Source of the DNA: Vicugna vicugna
Taxonomy: Eukaryota
DNA: 64,000 nt
NCBI GenBank assembly: GCA_013265495.1
Contig: MU058384.1
Coordinates: 4,451,239-4,515,238, forward strand
Direction: 5' to 3'
A program made the position numbers and the translations under genes. Position 1 is the first letter of the stretch. Every line of letters begins with the position of its first letter. Shown in pieces: positions 52,651 to 64,000 of the stretch. The notes beneath the pieces are model-generated. The model was not told the DNA's origin, did not search any database, and was given only the letters and a program-made list of their open reading frames with translations.

Positions 52651-53574
52651 TTAAAAAGAAAATCCTTATCATGATCTACAAGGTCCCACATGATCTGGCC
52701 TCTGCTAACTGATAGACTTTGCTCACATGCAACCCCCTCTCATTCTATGATTCAGCTCTGGACATACCCATTACTTAAAGAAAAAGATTGCTGGGAAAAT
52801 GCCAACTTCTACTATAGTTACCATTTCTAGTGAGAGATGACATATACTGATGTTATGTTTTGATTTGGCACACAGCATGTTCAATGATAGTTACTTGCCT
52901 AATATGAGAAATGGAGAAGAAACCTTTGGACACAAAGCAGATGACACTTTCCTCTGTTTTATAATATATTCTTCTGGTAGCATTTTCTGTGAATGTGGCC
53001 AGATAGAATTGTTTGTAGACTTTTTTTGGTGGGAGGGGGTCTCTTTTGATAGGGTGGGAGTGAGCTAAAGCCATAAAAAGAAAAATGTGATATGTGTGTT
53101 TGGTATGTACTATTTGATTTTTATTTTGTAAGAAGCATTGAACTGTTTTTGATAGCATGAGTAAGTGATGGAAAATGCTAAAAAAAAAAAGTCTCTTGAA
53201 AATATCATGTTCTCTAAGGTCCTTTAGTACCTATGGTCTACTTGACCTACTTCTCTCCTGCCTCCTTCCAGCCCCCTCTACTTCACCTGGCTGACTGCAT
53301 CATCTGTCAGTTCTCCCTACTCTGGAATAGTTCTTCTGCTTTTGTTCCCCTACCAGCCCTAACCCTGTCAAACTACTGGACGTTTTTAAGTATTTGTTTT
53401 ATATGTTTCATCATTGGTAGACTCTCAACTCCTTAAAGTGTGATATTAATATATTCTAGCATCTAAAATCCTTGTACAGTATTTGGCTACATAAAATATT
53501 TTAAAATATAATTTTGAATAAATTTCTTCTAGGGTGTAATTCCTTGGGAAGTCTGGGAAGAGGAAGTTCAAGTG

Positions 53575-53770
53575 TAAAAATTAAGGATGTAGGCACTGAA
53601 ATAAAATAAAGCTGAATTTGTATCCAGTTCTACTACCTCTTAGCTCATTATCTGGAAAAGTGAAAATAATGACTCTTATTTGGGATTAAATGAGTCAGTG
53701 TATGACAAATGGTCAGTACAAAGGCAGATCATTCAAATAGTGCTCCAGAAGTGGTGGCTGTTATTATACT
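53575..53770 (+). mobile_element. MIR fragment
   Basis: ctgaatttgtatccagttctactac...gggattaaatgag...gtggtggctgttattat. Confidence 0.5.
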
Positions 53771-54204
53771 TGTTATGAGTCTACTGTGCACACTTGGATC
53801 ACAGTGTGAAAAGGAGAGTAAAAACCTGAGGCCACAGTGGAGGAAGTAGCATCCAAAAGCCAGAAACTTTTAAGGAGAAAGCAACCTCAGGGAGGCAGAA
53901 CAGTCTCACGTGCAGCTTTTCTGTTCCTGTTTACGTATTCTCTTGTTGAAGTCCACTTTGAAATTATGGGGTTTTGTTTATTGCAGTTAAAGGTAATCAT
54001 ATGATAAAAGCCAACTCTAGGCACAGTGATGATGAAAAAAAGGACAAAAGGATCCATGTGATAAAGCCCACTCAGTCCACTTTGTAACATCATGCAGGAG
54101 GGGCCACTTCCTGAGTAATATATGCCTAATCTGATGGCAGGATTGTCTGATTAGAATCTTTTATCCTTTGCATCAGAATGTGTGTGCATGTGAGACAGCT
54201 CCGC

Positions 54205-54410
54205 AAAACACAGTGATTTAGAGTATGGGCTCAGAAGTCAAAATGCCTTTGAGATCTTCGACATACAATGTGACATAAAATGTGTCACATTTTTTAAAAA
54301 TCTCTAAAATGGAGAGAACAGTTCCTGGGTTGTGAAGATTAAATGAACTAGTCTATGTAAATCACTTAGCCTAAACAGAGCGAGCATTCAAAAATGTTAG
54401 CTATTGCTGT
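54205..54410 (+). mobile_element. MIR fragment
   Basis: agagtatgggctcagaagtca...taaaatggaga...gggttgtgaagattaaatga...aaatgttagctatt. Confidence 0.65.
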
Positions 54411-54895
54411 CCTGTATGTGAGGATCCGTGAGTCTGTGTGCAGCTACAATCTCTCTGGTCTTTAATGGTGCCACAACATGCAGAGACATTCGTGCTTTTC
54501 AGCTTTATGTAAACATCCTGGTCTAACGGTTTAGCATCAATGCATAGATTGCATTCTCTCAAATATGCTCATTTAGGGATTTAACGTTCTTCAGCAGAGA
54601 AGCACTGTATTTTTAAATGCTTTGTTTTGGATACAGTAGAGGCATCTGATTGGAAATATGCCAAATTTTCCGTCATAGGCCTATAATCAGCAGCTGGCAT
54701 TCTTGACTAAATATTTGTGGTAATGTTAATGTGAAGTCTTTTAGTGTTTAATAAACAAATTAAAAGATATAAACAAATTTAACTTATGGAAGTAAATTTT
54801 TCTAAATAATTTAAAAAAACTATTTCAAGATTATTTTCTGAAATAATCCAGTTCTTTAGTTAACATATTATATACTTAGGTTTATGACATGTAGC

Positions 54896-54901
54896 TTTAT
54901 T
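54896..54901 (-). terminator. Polyadenylation signal AATAAA of the right-hand minus-strand gene
   Basis: tttatt on the + strand, abutting the TGA at 54902-54904. Confidence 0.5.
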
Positions 54902-55039
54902 TCATTCTTCCCTGCTGGAAAGAAAACGTTTGGATATGCTTATTCCTGTTCTTTTGGGAAAATATTTCTCTTCAAATCCTCCAAAAGTAGACCTTTTACA
55001 TCCAGTAATTGTAATTTCAGTTAGTTTTATTTGCTTTTT
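54902..55039 (-). CDS. Putative terminal coding exon (KKQIKLTEITITGCKRSTFGGFEEKYFPKRTGISISKRFLSSREE*), unidentified gene
   Basis: Acceptor ttacctttttctcag|, 45 open codons in non-repeat sequence, and TGA followed directly by AATAAA. Confidence 0.5.
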   Translation of the reverse strand, partial: KKQIKLTEITITGCKRSTFGGFEEKYFPKRTGISISKRFLSSREE

Positions 55040-55140
55040 CTGAGAAAAAGGTAATGCTATTTTTAATGGGTTTAGTAGAACCATTTTTGCATATACAATC
55101 TTTTTTTTTAACTGTTTTAAAAAGAATTATATACTTTTTA

Positions 55141-55177
55141 CAATTCCAAGAACTCTGTTGCTGTAAAATACTGTACC
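55141..55177 (-). CDS. Putative short penultimate exon (R)VQYFTATEFLEL
   Basis: Strong acceptor tgctttgtttttgctcctccag|. A phase-2 start fits the phase-2 end of exon 63271-63440. The donor is ambiguous. Confidence 0.4.
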
Positions 55178-56884
55178 CTGGAGGAGCAAAAACAAAGCAT
55201 GGAGAGAGATTTTTATACACTTCTTAATTTATATTAATTTAAAGGGAAATTGTTCCATATGGTTCTGAAAAATGCAGTTAAATTGCTAGACACAGAAAAA
55301 ACTGTCTTTGTCTTGCTACCATACTTATGGTTCTGGTTCACTTCAGATTAGAAGACAAATTTTCTAAGGCAAATTTCTCTTGTCTGTGCTTGCAGAAGTC
55401 TGTAGCTCTCAGTCCTTGTTCTGCATGCTCAAAAAAATGTTTACAGCAGCTGGGATAATTTTAGAATTCACTTTTCTTTTTACATTCAAAATATGAGAAT
55501 AGATTTATGAGAGTATTTGCTGGAATTTCATAGTCTGACTTATTATGCAATAAAATTTTATTGCCTTAAAAATGCAAATACAAAAATTTAGGTTAAACAG
55601 AATTTTCCATTAATGAATAATTGAGCATTAGCTAGCAGGGTGATAGGTATTTTTCAAAATATGTTATTTTGAGGGAATAAATGAATAGGTAAAAACATAC
55701 TAGTATTTTATTATGATTCTATTTGCTATAATCCGGCACAGATAAGCAGAGCTAACCAAAAACCAACTTTCCGGCTGTAAATCTGGTATTTAAATAAAAT
55801 ACTGATTTTCAAAATTTGTTATTTAAATAACTCTCCAGCAAATACATATTTTTGTGTGTATTTTGAAAAAAATTACCATATGTTGTATTAAATTCCAGTC
55901 TTATTGAACAGAAGTATCAGGTGCATTTTTTTAGCCAGAAATGGAAACTAGTATTATGGTATGCAACCTAATGAGTCGGGCAAAATATTTACAACTGAGA
56001 AGTATGCTAACCATAATTTTAATTTCTTTATGATGGCAACACATTGTGGGGAGATCCCTACTTTTTAATAAAGTAGATAATACTCCTTGAATATGCTGGC
56101 TTCAGAGCATTTAGTTTCAGCTTTCAAAGTTGGTGTTATTCATTAGTGGAGCTCATTATTTCAACCTGTGGAATTGGTCTGATAATGTGAAAAAGCTTTG
56201 CTTTTTACTAGATTCAAAACAGGTGTGTTCAAAAACTGACGCTTCTTATTTCAGTCATTACAGTTGAAATAGGTCAACTTTTTAAACATATGATGACAAA
56301 AAAATACTAGGATTAAATTTATCTGCTTAATTTTTAAAATGAGAGTCTTTATGAAATGTACCCATTATTTGCAACTCTTTTCCCCATGAAATTGTATAAA
56401 GAACATATGTTGTAGTGCCTAGCTTTTGTTTGATATTTTACAATTTTCAAAGAGGGTTTTAAAGTATGTAATTACGTTTGATTCTTACCACAGACTTTGG
56501 GGTGAACCAGGATAGAAATGTTAGCCAGGTTTTACAGATGAGTAAATTATTCTAGATGTATATGTTATTTTCCTCCTTTTTAGTAGATGTGTGTCTGTGT
56601 GTGTACAATAGAAATGTATATGACACTGTTTGTACTACTATAGAAATTACTGGAATTATATGAAAAGCACCAAATTTCATCAGAATTTAAAAAAATGATT
56701 TTACCACATAACATTTAGATTAAAAATTTACTCTATAAATATTTAGTATTAAGAGGTCAAAAATACTTTTGCTTATATCGAGTGGGAATAAAAAAGACCC
56801 ATTAAAATCCTAACATTTATAGAAATAAGAAAACATTTTGTAATCTTTGGGAAGAATTCACGCATGAAAACATGATTGAAATCC

Positions 56885-57000
56885 AGTCACTTAGTCAACA
56901 AGTATGTATTGAACAAGAACTGTGTGCCATCAATACTATAGGTACCAAGCACGTAGCTGTGAACAAAACATACAAAACTCCTGGTAGTCATGGAGCTTGC
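56885..57000 (-). mobile_element. L2 3' end fragment
   Basis: tcacttagtcaacaagtatgtattgaac...tgtgtgcca...gctgtgaacaaaaca...tcatggagcttgc. Confidence 0.7.
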
Positions 57001-60000
57001 TTTGTTTCCTGATCGAAGCTGGCAAAAGTGATTTTCTGGGAAGTGTGTCTATATAAGGGATCAATGTAAAAAGCCTTAGGTTGACAATTCCAACTTTCCC
57101 TAACTGGCAGGTTCCCTAGCAGCTCTAGGAAGCAAATATTTAGGAGGAAAGAAAGAAATCAAATTTCACCCCACCTATGTCAACATGTGGACTGATTATA
57201 AACTTGTAACAGAAGTGGCAATAATTCAGGAATGTCACACTTAAACAAATTTACACACTAACAACTGATAAATGGTATTAAAGAAATATTCTTTCCATAC
57301 TTAAAAAATGGAGTCTGCAAATGTCCCAGTATCTAGTATTCATCCAGAAATATTAGAATGTTAGAGGTCTAACCTAAGTCCCATTTCCAAATGTAGGATC
57401 AGATTAAATCTTGTTTCAGTAAAAGAGATAATGAACATAGACAGTCTGCAACAATCTCGACTGGACACAGAAATGGAAAAGTGAAAGAGCAAGACCTTTC
57501 CAACTGACTCTATCATTTGGATAATTATTTGGGGATATTTTAAGGTCATTTCCCAGGAGACTTTCTATACAAATAAGAACTTTGATTTAAAACACTGAAT
57601 GAAGGCATACTGAAGAGATAGCTGGACTGCTCAGAAATCGTTTCTAATGACAAAGGACAAAAATGAAAGACGAGACTACTTCTGATGACGTTTATTATTT
57701 GACCTCCTTTTGGGTTTTGATCTCTGACATTCATACTCATAAATGTTCCTTCTTCCCTCTTCTCCTTTCTCATCTTGAACTATTATCATCTCACAGTAAG
57801 AACTGAAAAGCTAGAGGAAGTAGAGAGGTGCTGTAGTCCATATTAAGCAAAGACCATTCAAGCTTGCTGAGTAAGGTAAGAATCCAGCCTCAATTTCAAT
57901 ATGTTCAGAAAGAGCCACATAAACTTTTCTATGCAATCTATGGTAATATTTAAGAACTCGTTAAAATGAGGAAGTGAGCCTTACGTTTAACCTAAATTTC
58001 TATGTATGAAGGCACAAAAGAGCTGGTTCTCATATTTCATATAAAAACTAAATCACTTTTCTAGCTTCAGACTACATAATCTCGTTTTCTTTAAACTTTC
58101 TTATGGAATATTTCAGAAATGTCAAAAGGTATAAAATGTTCTGTACTAAACACCCCCAAATCTACCACTTGGTATAAAAATGTTAAACATTATCAATATA
58201 ATTGAGTATTTCTGTCTTTCTCTCTCTGGGTACAATTCTCTTTTCTCTCTCCCAATATAAATACTATTGTGATTTCATGTTTGTTTGTTTACATGCATGT
58301 TTTCATCCTTACATGTATACATCCTGGTTAAAGAAAAAGGTACAAAGATTTCAAGTGTTTTCAACCATAAAAATGGTATCATACCAACTGTATCTCCCTG
58401 AAATATTTCTCTTCATATGTAATGTTTTAGAAATATTTGTTACTGAACCAAATTGCTCTCCAAATTTGTGGAACCAATTTATGCAACTACATCATTCTTT
58501 ATGTATTTTGTAAATATCCAGTTATTTAATACTACTTCTATTAAATCAGAAAGGATAGCGAATCAGAACTGAAAAACAATGAATCTTTTCACTTTCTCTT
58601 TCTTACTTGATCTAATTTATTGGGGGGATGGGGAATGGAAGAAAGATGACTAGAAAGTAATATGATTTCCATTGAATAATAAATTTCCTGCCAATTTGGT
58701 GATTCTTATATTCTTTATGGTTTGGCCTCAATATTGAAATAAACAAAATCAAACAATGATAATGACCAAGAATTGCATAATTGAAAGTAACAATGACATG
58801 TCTTCTGGTTCATTATTCTGTATTTAGACCACATATTTTAGGATGACAGGATACTAATATTTGAGTCCACTGTACCTGACTGGTTGGTGAAGACAAAGAA
58901 TCAAAGAGGTTACAGTTAGCATTTAAGTGTCTATTTTGGACAAGTACTTGATCTACTGCAAAAAGACAAACAATAAACGCTTATTCCTAATTCCACATTA
59001 AACAATCAGCACAATCTATAATTTCTGATTTATATCTTACTAAATTCTCTTATTGAATGGTTGTTAAACTTACTTGTTACCATTTGAATCAGTCTAGATT
59101 CAAAATATGGTGAAACATCTTTTCTCAACTTCTAACACACTGTTCATTACGTGTTCATTGAATAGCTCGTGAGATGTCTTTATATTTTCACGTTGCTCAC
59201 ATGCAAGAACCTCGCTACCACCCAGCTATCTTTAAAGAGGACTTCTGACCTGATACTTCTTATGATGATTTAGAACTTTTATAATAAAGTGTTCATCTAC
59301 CCTTGGAAAGTTTTATTCCCAGTATAGGAACAGAATAAAATCAAAGTAGCTTTGGGTAAACTTGCACATTTGGAAGCACTTAGCTATTTTAAAAAATCTT
59401 AAACTTGGAGGCTGACATATTCCTAATTTTTGGCTTCTTTGGCTCTGCAGACTCCATGAAAAATGGCTCTGCCCTGTCACTAGCCATGAGAAGCATTATG
59501 TTCTAATGTTTATATTGTATTTGGGTTGCTTCTGAGCTACTCATCAAAACCTTGACTTTGTGGTTTTAATATAATTTTCATAGAAACATTAAGAACAGAT
59601 GTATGAGCCAATCAAAAGGCAGAAAATATGTAAATATGACAATTAAACCAGCATAAATAAAAGAGGAGCCTGTATTTTTTCTGATTACCACAAAGAAATA
59701 TAAGATTAGTATTTACTTGGTATAGAAATATATTCTGAAATAAAGACAAATGTGACATACCTATATTTTTTAACAATCATACATAATTCAGCAGTATTAA
59801 TGGAAATTACTGTAACTTAACAATATGCTTTTTCCTAAAATGTAATCAGTGTCAATTTATTTAAAGTCTACTTCAATATAAAAAATGACTTCAATATCAT
59901 GGATCACATTTCAAATGTTAAAACTGTTATCTATCTGTAATAATATAAAGTGTCTGAGTATAATTTATTTAAATGATTTAATAAATTCTCTAAGTACATT

Positions 60001-61134
60001 TTCATCCAATGTGCATGTTAGGAAATATTTTTGGATACGCAGCAGTCACTTTTGATACTAGTTTTCTTCTACTTTACATCACAATTTCAGGTAGTAAAAG
60101 AATTTTAAAAGTGAAAAAGTCCGAGATTAAATTCAACTACCTATTTTAGAGATCTGACAGACAGTTGAACAGGTAATTGAGAAAGGAAAAATTAGACTTC
60201 TGTTAACTGACCTCTGGTTCTTTGATACTTATTATTTAGCACTTGTGAAAGGGACCAAAACAGAATAATAATGATTAAGATTTACTCTTTGATCATAAGT
60301 CTAACAGCTTGTTTGTTTGGCAGTGATGAGAGACGTTTCAGTGATCGGTTAAACTTTTTTACTGTTGTCAAGCATGAGTTCAATCACTTCTTTACTTTCC
60401 ATGTTTCCTGTTTATACAGACGATAGGAATGAAGTGGGATGATGAGACTCAGTGGCTCATAATAAGTAATCAAAACCAGAGGGCAGAATAAGTAATACTT
60501 GCAGACAAACACGTCCCTTGGTATTTTTCTACTGCCAACAATGACAAACTTTAATTCTAGAAGAGTCACAAGAAAGCCAAATGATGTGTGTGTGTGTATT
60601 TTAAAAAATTTACTTTCAAACTAAATGTGGGCAGCCTCTTGATACCCGACTGATTCATGACATCTGTCTTATTTCAAACTGAGCTGCCAAACAATTTTAA
60701 TACTTATTATACACCATGAGGCCAATCACACTGATCTCAAGAAAGTAAAATCTCAGCTAATTTCACTGTCATCTCTCTATGCATTGTTAAGCAGTCTAAG
60801 AAGGCTTAGTTCAATACAAGTTGAGCAGTTGTACCTATAACTTCTTCATATCACACGTATATATAACTCTCACTATGTGAAACATTTGGGAAATTTGTGA
60901 CTTTATTTATAACTAACATGAAGGTTTTAAAGATATTTATTAATTGGTATTTTGGTGAAGGAGCATTGGTGTAAGATGCAGTTACACGGACCACCTCAGA
61001 TAAACATGGAATTCTTCCAGATTGGTTATTTTTGATTTAAATAATTAGTTAGTAATTAATTACTGTTTTTAGTAACTAATACAGAATATTAATTTATATA
61101 TACCTTAATTATTGAACTTACTCTACTGCATTAT

Positions 61135-62720
61135 GATTTTTAAATCAACTTTATTGGGGTATAATTTACATCAATAAAATATACATATTTTATATGTACA
61201 GTGAGAATTTTGACAGACATAAGCCTTTGTGTAACACTACTCAAATCAAGTTTCAAAGTATGTCCATCATATCACCAAGTTCTCTCTTGTCTCTTTCAAG
61301 TCAATTTCATGCCATCCCCTTCTCAGCCCTAGGCCACCTTTGTTATGCTTTTTGTCACTACAGACTAATTTTGCTTACTGTGGAATTATATTTAAGTGGA
61401 ATCATGGAAGACAGAACTTTTAAGCCAAGTTGACTTCTTTGACTTATAGTAGTATCTTTAAAATTCATCCATGTAGTTGTATGTATCAAACAGTTTGTTG
61501 TTTTTACTGCTGAGTATTATTTCATTGAATGAACATATCAAAAATATTTATCCATTCCCCTACTGATGGACATTTGGGTTGTTCCTAGTTTGGCTACTGT
61601 GGATAAATCTGCTATGAAAACTGTCAAACAACTCTTTTAGTGGACATATGTTTGGGAAAATATTTAGAAGTGGTCAAAAAGTAGATACATATTTGGCTTT
61701 ATAAGAAACTGCCAGAGAGTTCTCCAAAGTGGCTGTAAAAAATTTACACTCCATCAGCAATAAATGAGAATTATAGTTGCTCCATATTTCTTCAATATTT
61801 GTGCTGGCAATTTTTTAAAAAATTCAGCTATTTTTGTGGGTACATGATGGTATGTCATTGTAGTATTAGTTTGCATTCTCCTGATTACAAAGAATGCAGA
61901 GTATCTGGTAAGTGTCCTTTTTGGCCACTGGTCTCATTTGTTTTTTTGTTCCTTCTTTCCTCCTTTCTTATTTTCAATTAATTATTTTTAGTATTCCATT
62001 TTATCCTCTATTACATTATTAGCTACACCTCACCACTTTATGTTTTAGGTCTCAAGAGATTACAGTTTTGAAACTGTAACTTCTCACAGTCTATCATCAA
62101 ATATTATACCAATATTTGAGGCAATGTGAGAAACAATATTTATTTCTGTACTCCTGTTCTTGGTAGTATTATTTTTATGTATTTTAATCTATAATACAGT
62201 CTTAATATTTTCTTATGTACCAGTTAATTTTATTTTAAAGAAACCATAGAAAGAAAAAAAATATTATTTATCCACATATTTACATTTCTGGGGTTCTTCA
62301 TTTCTTTCATAGATCTACAATTCCATCTGGTTATCATTTTCTTTAGCTTGAAGAAGAGTGACAAATTCTCTCAGATTTGTGTTAAAATGCCTTTATGTTT
62401 TCTTTATAAGGACATTTTCAATGGATATGGAATTCTAGGCTGAATTTTCTTTTTTCTTTCTTTGCATTAAACTTTTCATTCCATAGCCTTCTAGTTTATA
62501 TTTAATTCAGTGACCATTCTTATTTTTGTTCCCCTGTATGCAATATGACTTTTTTTCTTTTTTAAAAGATAGTTTCCATATTGCTGGCTTTCAAAAAATG
62601 ATGAAACATGCCTTGTATGTAGCATATTCAGAGAATTTTTCACATCGGATTATTTTTTAACTGTAGAAATTCCATTTGATTTTTTTAAAAAATCTCTTTC
62701 ATTTCTCTCATAGTAAAATA
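61135..62720 (-). mobile_element. Old L1 (L1MB/ME-like) 3' end plus more 5' fragments
   Basis: caactttattggggtataatttaca...tgatggacatttgggttgtt...ctttataagaaactgccaga...ttctccaaagtggctgta. Confidence 0.8.
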
Positions 62721-62849
62721 AAATCTCTGTATATTCCTTTTTTTCCAACTTGGCCAAAATGTCTACCACTTCATAGAAGAATCTTAAATAACATGCTTAT
62801 GGCTAACATTATATTTTTATTTGTATGAATGTATGTATGTTGGAATTCC

Positions 62850-63050
62850 TACCTATTAAGAGTCAGAAAATCTGCCTGTGGCTCCTGGCTCCAACCCTTA
62901 CTATTCATTGATCATGAACAATTTAACTTAAGACTTTGTATGCAAATAAGTCTACAAAATCCTATTCTGGTGTACTGATTTCAATAGAATAACATGTGTG
63001 AAAATGTTTTGCGCAAGAACTAAACAAATGCAAGCTATTCATTTTTCATT
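62850..63050 (+). mobile_element. MIR fragment
   Basis: gagtcagaaaatctg...tcctggctccaacccttacta...ataacatgtgtgaaaatg...aaatgcaagctatt. Confidence 0.55.
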
Positions 63051-63270
63051 AAACTATTTAATAAAATATTTACAGGAAATAACTTTCTATAGAACTTTTT
63101 TTACTTAGAACATTAAGAATCTGGTTGCTAGCTTTCCAACCATTAAGGAACTGTTTGAATATTAATATCCACTTTATTGTATTGTCATGGGGGAAAAACA
63201 CATAAAAAGGGACTAAACATTTTCTAAATATCAAATTGCTTCCATTGGCACACTGTAAATCTGTATGTAC

Positions 63271-63440
63271 CTATCTTGAATCTGGATGGTTTGTGGGAAA
63301 TTTGAATGACTGTCCCTAGGTACAAAGAATACGAAACCCTTCTTAGGGAATGCTGTAAGAGGAAGATTTCTTGTGGAACCTGAAGACTTGAACTCTTGAA
63401 TACATGGAGCTATTTCTTCAACAAAAAGAGATTCCATATT
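63271..63440 (-). CDS. Putative internal coding exon (NMESLFVEEIAPCIQEFKSSGSTRNLPLTAFPKKGFVFFVPRDSHSNFPQTIQIQD-R), unidentified gene
   Basis: Acceptor ...aaatag| and donor TAG|GTACAT. 170 nt with only one open frame (phase 0 to phase 2), in unique sequence. Confidence 0.5.
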
Positions 63441-63683
63441 CTATTTCAGTATTATAGAAAAACTAGTGAGACTCTATAATCTAGGATTGGGGTGACATTG
63501 ATGGGTTTTACATTAATCTACAGTTCTTAAATTTGGGTAAATGTCTTCAATTTCAAGTAAAAGGAAATCTCAACTCAACTTTCTTACATAGTATAAGAAT
63601 ACTTACAATCTCATATCCAAGACCAGGTTATTTTCATTGATCTTATCTACCATTGTCAGTGAGCTGGTTTGCCAACAGGGTGG

Positions 63684-64000
63684 TATTATGGGCTGGACTG
63701 TGCCCCTCCAAATTCATATGTTGAAGCCCTAACCCTTTTTATCTCAGAATGTGACTATATTTGGACATAGGACCTTTAAAGAGGTGATTAAGTTAAAAAG
63801 GAGCCTTCAGGGTGGGCCCTAATTCAATCTGACTACCATTCTTATAAGAGAAAATCTGAATACAGGAGAAGAGACACCAGCTGTGCATGTGCACAGAGAA
63901 CAGACCATGTGAGGACACAGTGAGTTAGAGCCACTTGCAAGACAAAGAGAGAGGCCTCAAGAGAAATCAAACCTGCCAACACCTTAATCCTGCACTTCCC
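63684..64000 (+). mobile_element. MaLR LTR (MLT1B-like), cut by the window end
   Basis: tattatgggctggactgtgcccctccaaattcatatgttgaagccctaacc...gaggcctcaagagaaatcaaacctgccaacacctt. Confidence 0.9.

Noticed and set aside
54267..54291. 9-bp-arm inverted repeat (similar ones near 22504 and 47153)
   Set aside because: Too short, AT-rich and partly inside old repeats. Not a miRNA-size hairpin.
59074..59230. Exon-like, CpG-containing segment with a minus-strand GTAAGT donor
   Set aside because: Acceptors are weak, and no frame stays open from a good acceptor to the donor with a phase fitting the neighbouring exons.
60285..60410. Possible minus-strand exon (NMESKEVIELMLDNSKKV / FNRSLKRLSSLPNKQAVRLMIK)
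   Set aside because: All three frames contain stops between the acceptor and a weak donor. It cannot be supported without orthologue data.
63600..63665. Short frame LTMVDKINENNLVLDMR ending at a GTAAGT donor
   Set aside because: Its phase-2 end does not fit the phase-0 exon at 63440, the acceptor is poor and it abuts an MLT1 LTR.
1..64000. CRISPR arrays, tRNA/rRNA genes, operons or prokaryotic defence systems
   Set aside because: None seen. The sequence is mammalian, with no regularly spaced repeats or structural RNA signatures I could recognise.

Overview
Eukaryotic (placental mammal) DNA: AT-rich, mostly intergenic and dense in ancient transposable elements (L2, MIR, MLT1/MLT2 LTRs, an ERVL remnant, old L1s, a probable hAT-Charlie fragment). 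One younger cetartiodactyl-type L1 is present, and I recognised no Alu, Bov-tA, PRE-1, CHR or SINEC SINE, which tentatively suggests a camelid. The left end holds a minus-strand promoter (CRE, CCAAT, near-perfect RFX X-box) and a probable first exon containing uORFs. The right end holds probable last coding exons and a poly(A) signal of another minus-strand gene. I could not name either gene. There are no prokaryotic-type systems and no convincing new biological system. The best leads are an APOA4-like coding fragment captured antisense inside an MLT2 LTR, a one-base frame mismatch between terminal exons, a CpG-rich candidate upstream exon, a (TG)14(CG)11 Z-DNA tract and multi-level TE nesting. 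Repeat families are called by eye from remembered consensus sequences, and their boundaries are approximate.
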